A DNA stretch of 64,000 nt from positions 1 to 64,000 of the forward strand of contig CP170459.1 of NCBI GenBank assembly GCA_047947115.1, written 5' to 3'. Positions 37,170-46,139 of the stretch are shown one piece after another. Position 1 is the stretch's first letter. Every line of letters starts with the position of its first letter. The notes beneath the pieces were generated by a model that was not told where the DNA came from, did not search any database, and was given only the letters and a program-made list of their open reading frames with translations. This stretch comes from Verrucomicrobiota bacterium. GTDB lineage: Bacteria > Verrucomicrobiota > Verrucomicrobiia > Limisphaerales > AAA164-E04. A program made the position numbers and the translations under genes.

Positions 37170-38501
37170 CTAGGATAAACATTCATTGAGGTTCCGACTC
37201 GCACCGGCGAATTGATCAATGTCCATGCCGGACCGCTGCATCAATGTCAGCATCAAATCACCCAGCAACCTTGAATCCGAAGCGGCGCGATCGTTGGCCC
37301 AGTGGTTTCCATGAGAGAGACCACCACCCGCCACCAGAACCGGCAGGTTACTGTTGTCATGTGTATTGGAATCGCCCATTCCACTGCCAAAAACCACGGC
37401 GGTTGAATCCAGCAGTGTTCGATCTTCCGGGTCCTGATAGCTTTGGAGCTTCTCTAGAAAACGCGAAAAGCGTTTCACATGTTCCCTGCCCACCAGATTG
37501 TAATCAGCAATTTTCCTGGCTTCGTTCCCATGATGAGAAAGGCCGTGATAACCCGCGCTCAAACGTCGGCCATCAATCTCAAACACCTGACTCCATCCTG
37601 GAACCAGAAAGGTCAACACCCGTGTGGAGTCCGTGCCCAACGCGAGCGCCATGAGATCATACATGAGCATTTCGCACTCGAGAGATTGGTCAGGTGAAAC
37701 CGGATCAAAAGCAGGCAGCGTGTAGTCGGTGGTGGGAAAAGGCCGTTCCAACCATGCTTCTTGTTTTTGAACCATTTTCTCCACATCACGCAGGGAGGTC
37801 AGATATTCATCCAGCTTCCCCTGATCACGATGGGATACACGCCTTTTTAAGGATGTAGCTTCTTCCAAAAATCCATCGAGCAGGCTACCGTTTCCTTTCA
37901 GGACGTACTCCATCCTGGATCGATCACTATCGGAACGGAAGAGAGTTTGAAAAAGAACACTTGGTCTCCCGATCATCGGCAAGGGCACGCCTTCCTTGCT
38001 GAAACTAAGCCGGGCCGCATCGGGCGGCGTGCCACACGTCAGTTGCAGTGAGGCATACCGAGTGTGATGCCCGACATGTTCGGCCACCAGTTGATCCATG
38101 GAGACGGAACCCGTCGCGGATCCGCTCAACCACGCCTGCCAACCTTCGTGACCATTGCGCCCACGATGATCCAATCCGGAAAAGACCGAAAACTGATCGC
38201 GAAAGGATACCAAAGGTTCAAGCACATAAGGCATGTCATAGGTCTTGCCTGTTTGTTTCGGGAAGAAATCAGCCTGATGGAATCCAAGATAAGTGCCGAC
38301 ACATACCAAACGTTTCACCGGCGTAGAGACGGTCGAGGCTTGCAGGCACGCAACATCAAATGACTCCAACATCGGAAGAGCCAAACTCATCCCCATACCA
38401 CGCAAAAACCGCCTGCGATCCGTCAGTGTTCGTATCGCCTGGTATTTCGTAGTTTTTAACTGCTGTTTAGAATGCCGCATGGCTACCTGCAATTGCTTCA
38501 C
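37170..38501 (-). CDS. DUF1552 (HXXSHH) protein (second paralog)
   Basis: RRRFLRGMGMSLALPMLES; SMDQLVA; YHGLSHH; FGSGMGD.N.H.NSNLP. Confidence 0.9.
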   Translation of the reverse strand: MKQLQVAMRHSKQQLKTTKYQAIRTLTDRRRFLRGMGMSLALPMLESFDVACLQASTVSTPVKRLVCVGTYLGFHQADFFPKQTGKTYDMPYVLEPLVSFRDQFSVFSGLDHRGRNGHEGWQAWLSGSATGSVSMDQLVAEHVGHHTRYASLQLTCGTPPDAARLSFSKEGVPLPMIGRPSVLFQTLFRSDSDRSRMEYVLKGNGSLLDGFLEEATSLKRRVSHRDQGKLDEYLTSLRDVEKMVQKQEAWLERPFPTTDYTLPAFDPVSPDQSLECEMLMYDLMALALGTDSTRVLTFLVPGWSQVFEIDGRRLSAGYHGLSHHGNEARKIADYNLVGREHVKRFSRFLEKLQSYQDPEDRTLLDSTAVVFGSGMGDSNTHDNSNLPVLVAGGGLSHGNHWANDRAASDSRLLGDLMLTLMQRSGMDIDQFAGASRNLNECLS

Positions 38502-38690
38502 GACGCCATCGACATGGAACGCCTCTTTGCTGATGTGGGTGCATATTCATAGTGAACGGTTGGCAAAATAACATCACCTCGTGATGATACCATGCAAAAC
38601 AACCTTTTTTTTACTACGGCACTATTTGGGGATTGAAGGTGCGTAGTAAGACGTTGAAGATCGTTAAGGAGGTAATTCATGAGACCTTTC

Positions 38691-41165
38691 TCATTGGCTG
38701 GAATAGATCACTTGCTGGAGTTTTGAGAGGATATCACCATTGAACGGATAAAGTCGGGTCATAAAGAGACCATATTGTTTTTCCTTCGGATCGATCCAGA
38801 AATGGGTTGTGTGATAACCACTCCACCCGAAACTCCCCACAGAAGCGACTTCGTTACCTCGTTTTTCTTTGAGTATCTGGAATCCAAATCCAAGCACATA
38901 GCCCTTGTCAGCACTACCATATCCCGGGACATCCTGAAGTTGATCCGTGAGCATGACATCCAATGTTTTCTTGGATAGAATCTCCAGCCCATCGGGTGCA
39001 CGTCCCTGATCCACCAGCATCTGGCAGAAACGACCAAAGTCATTCATGGTAGAAACCAGCCCTTCCCCCCCGAGGAATAATTGGCTGTCAGGGGCGTAGT
39101 AAAGTTCATCCTCGGCGGGTGTCCCCAGACGAAACCCGTCCTCGGTTTTGACATGCAAAGGTTGGAATCGAAGGCGGTCCTCTGGGGTGAGGTAAAACTT
39201 GGTATCCTTCATGCCCAGCGGATCGAAGATCGATTCCTTCAAGAACCGGTCCAGAGATTGGCCACTCAGTTTCTCGATGGCGGCTCCCAGGACAGCGGTG
39301 CTCAGGCCATAAGTATAACGCTCGCCCGGTTGGTGTTGGAGAGGGATTGTAGCCAACAATTCGATCAAACCCTCGAGATCCGTCAGTTCCATCACCTGTT
39401 TCCAGGTTCCTTCCTCATCAAATGAGCCGTCATAGCCATAGATACCGGAGGTGTGTAGCAGCAGATCTCGATAGGTAATTGGACGTTTAAGAGGTTCCGT
39501 CAGATCCGAATCGGCGGATTTTTGCACACGGAACTCGGCAAGTTTCGGAAGCATCTCTGAAACGGGCGCGTCCAGTTTCAGTAATCCACGCTCGTATAGA
39601 ATCATCGCCGCCAAACTGGTGACAGGCTTTGTCATCGACCAGATGGGAAAGAGCGTATGCTCCAGAATAGACCGGTCCCCTTCTCTTCCGGAATCCATGG
39701 CATGATCGTAAACCGTTTTCCCGTCCCGCACCCATCGGAACGTATGTGAAAGGACCTCGTTGTGATCAATGAATTCGGATTGCAAGTCGAGTAGCCCTGC
39801 CCCTAAGTTGGTATCGGGGTGCTGGCCGGAAAGATCGTAGCAGCGCATTTCCTGATCATTGCGCAGATATATCCGCCCGCTGGCAAAGGCCGGGGCCGAC
39901 CAGACCAGCAAACGCCCCCCCACCCGATGTGTGGGTTCGATCAGTTGAGTGCGCGACAACTCACGGTAACCTGCGGGAGTCAGATCTGCACTGATGAGTT
40001 CTCCATGATCGTTGTATATAAAGGTCTTTTTTGAAGGCGTATGATGAAAGGTAAACGCGGAAGGCCAGGCAGTCGAACGTTTGCCATGGAGATTTAACAG
40101 GGGCAACGGTGATTGCCAAACACGTGCACCGGTTCGAATATCGACACAAAAAAAATCTCGTCGCCCACCTGCCGAATAGAGATATCCTTCCCCGTCGAGA
40201 TGGGCGGTGTTGAGTACACCTGCAACTCCTTTGTGTGGTTCTGGACCCCAGATGACGTCGACTGTGCGATGATCCTTACCTACTCTGATGGCGGCGGAAA
40301 CATTATTGTAGCCCATGATGTGCACCAGATCTCCATGCACGCGCGGCGCACCAATGGACATGCCATAAAGAGGTTTGACCGCCGCATCCCAGTGGCGGGT
40401 TCCATCGGAAGGATCCAGTGAAGCCAAGGCATCCCCGTGCCATACGAGCAATTGTTCCAAACCATGGATTTCGACCATCGTGGGCGGACAGTAACCCGGC
40501 TTGGTGGATGAAAGCGCCCGCCAACGTTCCTCACCGGTTCTTTGATCAAATGCAACGACCGTGGAACCATCCCCACCAACGATGCAAATCAACAGGTCCT
40601 TGTATGCCAACGGGTGGGCGGCACACCCCCATTCGGGAATGTCGAGTGCATAGTCTGTTTTGAAATCCTTGGACCATATCACCCGACCATCCGAAGCATC
40701 GAAACAGAACAGATTTCCTTCAGCCCCCAGGGTATACACGTACCACCCCACCACTGTTGGCGTGCATCGAGGACCAATCGCATATGGAAACACGGTGGTG
40801 TATGGGCAGTCATATTCGTATTCCCAGATCAATTCGCCGCTGGAAGAGTCAACACATCGCACCCTCTCCTTACCGGGAATTTCTGCGCGGATGAAGTTGG
40901 GGTTTCCTTCCACCTTGCCCGGTCGGTAAGGCTGCGCCAAACGATCCGTGATAAAGACGCGCCCGTCCACCACTGCAGGTCCTGAATAACCGCCTCCGAC
41001 GGTTCGTTTCCAGAGCAGCGGAAACCCGGAATCAGGAAAACTGGTTTGGATGTCTTCTTCGTTAATGGACGTATCCCCGTTGGGGCCCAGGAAATGGGGC
41101 CAATCATCTCCCATTAATGAAACAAAAAAGATTCCCGAGCATATCAGACAGACAATTGATTTCAT
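38691..41165 (-). CDS. PQQ-like beta-propeller fused to a beta-lactamase-family serine hydrolase
   Basis: DWPHFLGP...WSAPAFA.GRIYLRND, then SMTK (SxxK), LLLHTSG, QPGERYTY, GEGLVST and FGWSG...T.FWIDP. Start reassigned to MKSIVC. Confidence 0.85.
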   Translation of the reverse strand: MKSIVCLICSGIFFVSLMGDDWPHFLGPNGDTSINEEDIQTSFPDSGFPLLWKRTVGGGYSGPAVVDGRVFITDRLAQPYRPGKVEGNPNFIRAEIPGKERVRCVDSSSGELIWEYEYDCPYTTVFPYAIGPRCTPTVVGWYVYTLGAEGNLFCFDASDGRVIWSKDFKTDYALDIPEWGCAAHPLAYKDLLICIVGGDGSTVVAFDQRTGEERWRALSSTKPGYCPPTMVEIHGLEQLLVWHGDALASLDPSDGTRHWDAAVKPLYGMSIGAPRVHGDLVHIMGYNNVSAAIRVGKDHRTVDVIWGPEPHKGVAGVLNTAHLDGEGYLYSAGGRRDFFCVDIRTGARVWQSPLPLLNLHGKRSTAWPSAFTFHHTPSKKTFIYNDHGELISADLTPAGYRELSRTQLIEPTHRVGGRLLVWSAPAFASGRIYLRNDQEMRCYDLSGQHPDTNLGAGLLDLQSEFIDHNEVLSHTFRWVRDGKTVYDHAMDSGREGDRSILEHTLFPIWSMTKPVTSLAAMILYERGLLKLDAPVSEMLPKLAEFRVQKSADSDLTEPLKRPITYRDLLLHTSGIYGYDGSFDEEGTWKQVMELTDLEGLIELLATIPLQHQPGERYTYGLSTAVLGAAIEKLSGQSLDRFLKESIFDPLGMKDTKFYLTPEDRLRFQPLHVKTEDGFRLGTPAEDELYYAPDSQLFLGGEGLVSTMNDFGRFCQMLVDQGRAPDGLEILSKKTLDVMLTDQLQDVPGYGSADKGYVLGFGFQILKEKRGNEVASVGSFGWSGYHTTHFWIDPKEKQYGLFMTRLYPFNGDILSKLQQVIYSSQ

Positions 41166-41172
41166 GAATTCT

Positions 41173-42636
41173 TCAAGCAATGATGTTGTGCAGGATGTGA
41201 CCGCCAATATCCGTCAGTTTTCGTATGCGCCCCGCATGCCGGTAAGTCACCTTCTCGTCCTCCAATCCCATTAAATTCAAAATGGTCGCATGAACGTCTC
41301 GGATATGGATCGGTTCTCCCTCGGAACGCAGACTGAAGGGATCAGTTTCTCCAGCGGTCGCGCCTCCCTTCACATCGCCACCCGCCATCCACATGCATAA
41401 CCCGTAAGAATTGTGCTCACGTCCAGGTGTTTTCGGCATGGTGGGGCTGTTGACGAATGGGGTGCGTCCCATTTCCGAAGCCCATACCACAAGGGTTTCA
41501 TCCAGCAAACCACGATGCTCCAGATCCTCCAGCAAAGCCGCTACGGGTTGATCCACTTCCTGACTGTGTTTGCGCATGCCGCCTTCGACATTGCTGTGAT
41601 CATCCCAGCTATGGGACCCGATCTGTACCCCATGAATCAACAGAGTGTAGCGCACCCCCCGTTCTACCATTCTTCGTGCCAACAGACATTGCCTGCCAAA
41701 TCCGGCGGTGGTGTCGTTATCCAAACCATAGAGACGCCGAATGGATTCCGGTTCACCCGACAAATCCACCGCTTCAGGAGCGGCGGTCTGCATGCGAAAA
41801 GCCAGTTCGTAGGCGGCAATTCGCGACTCGAGTTCCGAATCCCATGGACGTTGCGCGAGATGACGTTGATTGAGATTTCGAATCAATCCAAATTCTTCTC
41901 TCTGATGAGTCGCGCTCAATCCCTTGGGAGGTTGTAAATTCAATATCGGACTCCCCTGATCACGCAACAAGGTCCCCTGATGCACGGCGGGCAGATAACC
42001 ATTGGCCCAGACAGCGGCGCCATTGCACGGAGCTCCCCGGGGATCCTGGATCACGATGTAACCCGGCATGTTCTGATTGGACGTGCCCAGGCCATATTGA
42101 ATCCAGGAACCCACCGACGGACTCCCGGGGAATTGACTGCCGGTTGTCACATGATAGGTGGAGGGACCATGATTCTGATTGTCAGTCTTGATACCATGGA
42201 TGAAAGCAAGATCATCGACCCGACGCGCCAGATTGGGAAACAACTCGGAAAGCCAACGCCCCGTGTCGCCGTGTTGTTTGAATTCAAAGGGACTCCCGAC
42301 ACATACATGAGGAAAGGAAAGTCGGCCCTGTAATTCCCCCTTCACGGAAAGGTCACCGGTAAGAGGTTTGCCATGCAATTCTCTCAGCATGGGTTTGTGC
42401 TCAAATGAATCCATCTGAGAGACCCCTCCCTGCATAAACAAAAAGATGCAATGCTTGGCTTTCCGGGGAAGATGCTGGATTTTAGGTGCCAGTGGACTGC
42501 TGAGACCCGGCTCACGATGAGCCAGGAGATCCTCCTGCAACAAACCAGCCAATCCGAGAGCGCCAATGCCATTCCATGTCCGGGACAGGAAATCCCGACG
42601 TCCGATGCCTTGGCTTGATTGATCCCTAATCGACAT
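41173..42636 (-). CDS. DUF1501 protein with Tat-like signal
   Basis: RRDFL; IFLFMQGGVSQMDSF; GRQCLLARRMVERGVR; WDDH; EMGRTP; GREHN. Confidence 0.93.
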   Translation of the reverse strand: MSIRDQSSQGIGRRDFLSRTWNGIGALGLAGLLQEDLLAHREPGLSSPLAPKIQHLPRKAKHCIFLFMQGGVSQMDSFEHKPMLRELHGKPLTGDLSVKGELQGRLSFPHVCVGSPFEFKQHGDTGRWLSELFPNLARRVDDLAFIHGIKTDNQNHGPSTYHVTTGSQFPGSPSVGSWIQYGLGTSNQNMPGYIVIQDPRGAPCNGAAVWANGYLPAVHQGTLLRDQGSPILNLQPPKGLSATHQREEFGLIRNLNQRHLAQRPWDSELESRIAAYELAFRMQTAAPEAVDLSGEPESIRRLYGLDNDTTAGFGRQCLLARRMVERGVRYTLLIHGVQIGSHSWDDHSNVEGGMRKHSQEVDQPVAALLEDLEHRGLLDETLVVWASEMGRTPFVNSPTMPKTPGREHNSYGLCMWMAGGDVKGGATAGETDPFSLRSEGEPIHIRDVHATILNLMGLEDEKVTYRHAGRIRKLTDIGGHILHNIIA

Positions 42637-44836
42637 AAATAAATTCGCTGGTGTTAAATAGAATCCGGGCCAAACGGTTCAACCCTTCAGCGGAAGTGGA
42701 AACCCCCTCCAGTGATGATCGCTCTTCAGGTGAAGGAAGACGTCCCAACGCCAATTGAAAAGCCAGATCGAGTCGCGACGTTGAATCTGACGGTGCTTCA
42801 TCAATCAAACGCTTCGCAAAGTGCCCTGCTTCCTCATTGACCAATCTGCCGTTATACATGGCCAGGGACTGTAAAGGCGTCACAGATTTTTGACGCTTGG
42901 GAACCGTGTCCTCGCAAACCAGACTGTCAAAATTCTGCATGAAAGGCATGGTCAATGTGCGTTGCTGGTAGATGTAAATGCTTCGCTTGCGACTTTCCGG
43001 ACCTGTGTCCGTCGCCCATTTGCTTTTGGAATACTTGACGCGTTCTTCGATACCGTCCGGCAAGGCAGGGAAGATGGGCAGTCCATACATTTCGGGATTC
43101 AACCTGCCACTGACAAACAACACCGAATCTCGTATCGCTTCCGCCTCCAATCGACGCGGTGAAAAACGCCCCAGCCAGCGATTGTCCGCATCCAGATCCA
43201 AACCACGACGATCAAATTCCGTCGAACTTTGTCGATACGCCGAGGAGTTGAGCATGATGCGATGCATCGCCTTGACGCTCCACTTCTCTTCGACAAACTT
43301 CCGCGCCAGCCAATCCAGCAATTCAGGGTGCGAAGGACCTCCGCTGAGTTTTCCAAAATCACTTGGCGTCGCCACAATGCCCTGACCAAAGTGATGCATC
43401 CAGAGACGGTTCACCATCACCCGGGCGGTCATGGGATTCTCGGCTGAAGCGATCCATTCCGCCAGGGCCATTCTCCGGCTCCGGGTGGGCCAACGTTTGA
43501 AAGGGTCCAATCGAATATCGGCCGGTTCCTGATGCCCCGTGATACAACTGGGAAATCCCGCCAACACTTCTTCACCCGGGTTGTCGTATTCCCCCCGAAT
43601 CATGACCCTAGAAACAGGCACCCCCGGTTCGTATGGAGGACCAAAGGAATGACGCAGCGACATGGCGCGAGGTTCCAATCGTTTGAGATGTTGTGATGCG
43701 AACGCTGCTTGATGCGACAGATACTCATAGCGCTGACGTTCCTCGGAGGTGATTGAATCATTTTCCGGATCCATGATCCAGGCATGGAGGTCTAATTTCT
43801 CCCCCTCTTTTTCATCGGAATCTGGATCGGATTCCGAACGCTTCTGTGCCTCGGCCCGAACACGCAGGCGGGTCTTCAAAGCTTCAAACGATTCAAGTCC
43901 GGACCGAATCTCTACCCGTTTGGCTTCCGCCCACTCCGCCTCACCCTCCCGGTAGAAGGAAGTAGGCAGCGATCCCCCTATTTGATAGGCATCGCCACGT
44001 TCAGGGGGCATCAATTGCACGGTGTTGAAAAAGGCCTTCATCCGGTAAAAATCCCTGGTGGAAATTCCGTCATACTTGTGATCGTGACACTTTGCGCAAC
44101 CCACCGTGAGCCCGAGAAAAACCGAACCAACCGTGGAAGTCATTTCACTGAGCATCTCATGACGCGTCTCATCCCCGCGCGGTTCGGTGAATGGAGCGAG
44201 CCTGAGAAACGTCATGGCTACGACATGTTCGGGTTCGGGCAAAGGCAACTCACCGGCGCCCATGATTTCCTTGAATTCATCGCCAGCGATCTGTTCCCTG
44301 ATGAACTGATCGTAAGGCTTGTCGCGGTTCAGAGAATCAATCACATAATCCCGATAGCGCCAGGCATGAGGCAGATCCGGATCCCCCTCATATCCTGCCG
44401 TATCGGCGTAACGAGCCAGATCCAGCCAAAACTTCGCCCAACGTTCACCATAACGTTCATCCTCAAGCAAGGCATCCACCAAACGCTCGTAAGCCTGAGG
44501 CTGATCATCCTTCAAAAAGGCTTCGATTTGTTCGGGTGTCGGAGGCAAGCCGATAAGATCAAAATACAAACGACGAACAAGCGTGCGCCGACCTGTCTCC
44601 GGAGCAAAGGAAAGCCCGTTTGCTTCCAGAGTGTTAAGAAGAAAGGAATCAATCTCATTCCGCACCCGCTTCTCATTTTTCACCTCAGGCGGTGGGAGCG
44701 ATCGGGGAGGGTAAAAAGGCCATTCGTTGCTTCCGGCTTCCACCGTTATGCCCAGCAAAAATACAGCCGAAAAACACCCAAGCACGCAACACAAGGAAGC
44801 TGCGGACCAATCAGGCATCTTTAACAGGGAAATCAT
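42626..44836 (-). CDS. DUF1549/DUF1553 (PSCyt2/PSD1) protein
   Basis: RRLYFDLIGLPPT, YGERWA..WLD.ARYADT, CAKCHDHKYD, PSHPELLDWLA and RRLEAE.IRD. Confidence 0.93.
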   Translation of the reverse strand: MISLLKMPDWSAASLCCVLGCFSAVFLLGITVEAGSNEWPFYPPRSLPPPEVKNEKRVRNEIDSFLLNTLEANGLSFAPETGRRTLVRRLYFDLIGLPPTPEQIEAFLKDDQPQAYERLVDALLEDERYGERWAKFWLDLARYADTAGYEGDPDLPHAWRYRDYVIDSLNRDKPYDQFIREQIAGDEFKEIMGAGELPLPEPEHVVAMTFLRLAPFTEPRGDETRHEMLSEMTSTVGSVFLGLTVGCAKCHDHKYDGISTRDFYRMKAFFNTVQLMPPERGDAYQIGGSLPTSFYREGEAEWAEAKRVEIRSGLESFEALKTRLRVRAEAQKRSESDPDSDEKEGEKLDLHAWIMDPENDSITSEERQRYEYLSHQAAFASQHLKRLEPRAMSLRHSFGPPYEPGVPVSRVMIRGEYDNPGEEVLAGFPSCITGHQEPADIRLDPFKRWPTRSRRMALAEWIASAENPMTARVMVNRLWMHHFGQGIVATPSDFGKLSGGPSHPELLDWLARKFVEEKWSVKAMHRIMLNSSAYRQSSTEFDRRGLDLDADNRWLGRFSPRRLEAEAIRDSVLFVSGRLNPEMYGLPIFPALPDGIEERVKYSKSKWATDTGPESRKRSIYIYQQRTLTMPFMQNFDSLVCEDTVPKRQKSVTPLQSLAMYNGRLVNEEAGHFAKRLIDEAPSDSTSRLDLAFQLALGRLPSPEERSSLEGVSTSAEGLNRLARILFNTSEFIYVD

Positions 44837-44891
44837 GCGTGCATTCTGTATCCTGCCGAAAGGTCGATCAAGCCAGAATCAACGGGACCTA

Positions 44892-45674
44892 TCAATGCAG
44901 TTTATCCGCATCACAAACCACCCGGAATCCCAAATCGAAATACCTGTAATCACCGTTATTCCGATGGCGTGCGGCTGACCGACAATCAACTTGGGTCAAG
45001 CCCCAGGAACCACCACGGAGATCTCGGCCGCTTTTGATCTCACGATTCACCAGATCGGATTCCGTTTTGTAGGTATCTTCCCTTATGGCACACCACTCCG
45101 ACACATTACCGTGCATGTCGAACAGCCCCCAGGCATTGGCCTGCTTGCTAGCCACGGGATGTGATTGATTCCCGCTGTTCTTTTGATACCACCCCACTCT
45201 CCCCAAGGCCTCAGCACCGTTGCACGCGCAATAGGCTGTTTTGGTTCCGGCGCGACAGGCGTATTCCCATTCGACGCCTGTAGGAAGACGGTAATGTTTC
45301 TTTTCCTTGTCGCTGAGTCGTTGGCAAAACATTACGGCTTCATGCCATGTAATGTTTTCCACCGGACGATTCTCTCCCTTGAAGGAACTCGGATCGGTAC
45401 CCATGATGTCACGCCATTGCTTTTGAGTGACCTCGGTCGTGCCGATCAGGAAACCCTTCTCAATGGTTTCAGTGGTCAGCACTTCATTGGTGGTACGCCC
45501 AGGTTCTGAAGTGGTACTGCCCATCAAGTATACTCCAGAGGGAAGGCAGGTCAGCTTCATTCCCTCCGAATTAGTGATGGTAATGAACGGTTCAAAGGCC
45601 TGAGCCAACATTTCACAAAAACCTATCGTGCTCCCGAACAAAATCAGGAGCAAAGCATTGATCGGAGCATTCAT
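44892..45674 (-). CDS. Formylglycine-generating enzyme (SUMF1/FGE-sulfatase) domain protein
   Basis: TEVTQ.QW, RLPT..EWEYACRAG, NAWGLFDMHGNVSEW, RGGSW and GFRV. Start reassigned to MNAPIN. Confidence 0.9.
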   Translation of the reverse strand: MNAPINALLLILFGSTIGFCEMLAQAFEPFITITNSEGMKLTCLPSGVYLMGSTTSEPGRTTNEVLTTETIEKGFLIGTTEVTQKQWRDIMGTDPSSFKGENRPVENITWHEAVMFCQRLSDKEKKHYRLPTGVEWEYACRAGTKTAYCACNGAEALGRVGWYQKNSGNQSHPVASKQANAWGLFDMHGNVSEWCAIREDTYKTESDLVNREIKSGRDLRGGSWGLTQVDCRSAARHRNNGDYRYFDLGFRVVCDADKLH

Positions 45675-45905
45675 TTTCGAACATCGAAACATATCAGATG
45701 ACCCTTTCCATTTCTGACGTAAAGGCTCCCATTGGAAAGCACGGGAGCGGTTCGGCATGGGGTCCGGGGAGGGAGCACTTGTTCTCGAAAGATGATATCA
45801 AACTCCCTGGGATTGGCCCTGGCAATGACGAGTTCACCATCGCCACCCAACGCCAAGATTCGACCGTCGGAGCTGAAAGAAAGTGAACCATTACCCAACC
45901 GCGGG
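45671..45905 (-). pseudogene. C-terminal remnant of a PQQ-like beta-propeller gene
   Basis: GNGSL...DGRIL.LG.DGELVIA.A.P..F......VL...CRTAPVLSNG.LYVRN..G.LICFD; the upstream sequence does not continue the fold. Confidence 0.65.
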
Positions 45906-46139
45906 CTTCGCCATTGTTCCAGCCGAGGATTCTTACGGTGTCGGTATCGCTGACGTATGTGACGGTTGAGTGATTCAACTGGGGATTTTTTTTTGCGCCC
46001 CCAAAGAGCTTTCACCGATTGTCACACACGAACAAAGACTTTCGATCTTAACTCACTTCAATCCAACCTGAAGCCGGTGATGATATCCACAGGGTTGATT
46101 TTGAGATTTGATATCCTTGTTTGTCATATGATTTGAGTT

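Noticed and set aside
38691..39800. Antibiotic-resistance beta-lactamase
   Set aside because: The SxxK fold is shared by many esterases and peptidases; nothing here indicates a class A, C or D resistance enzyme.
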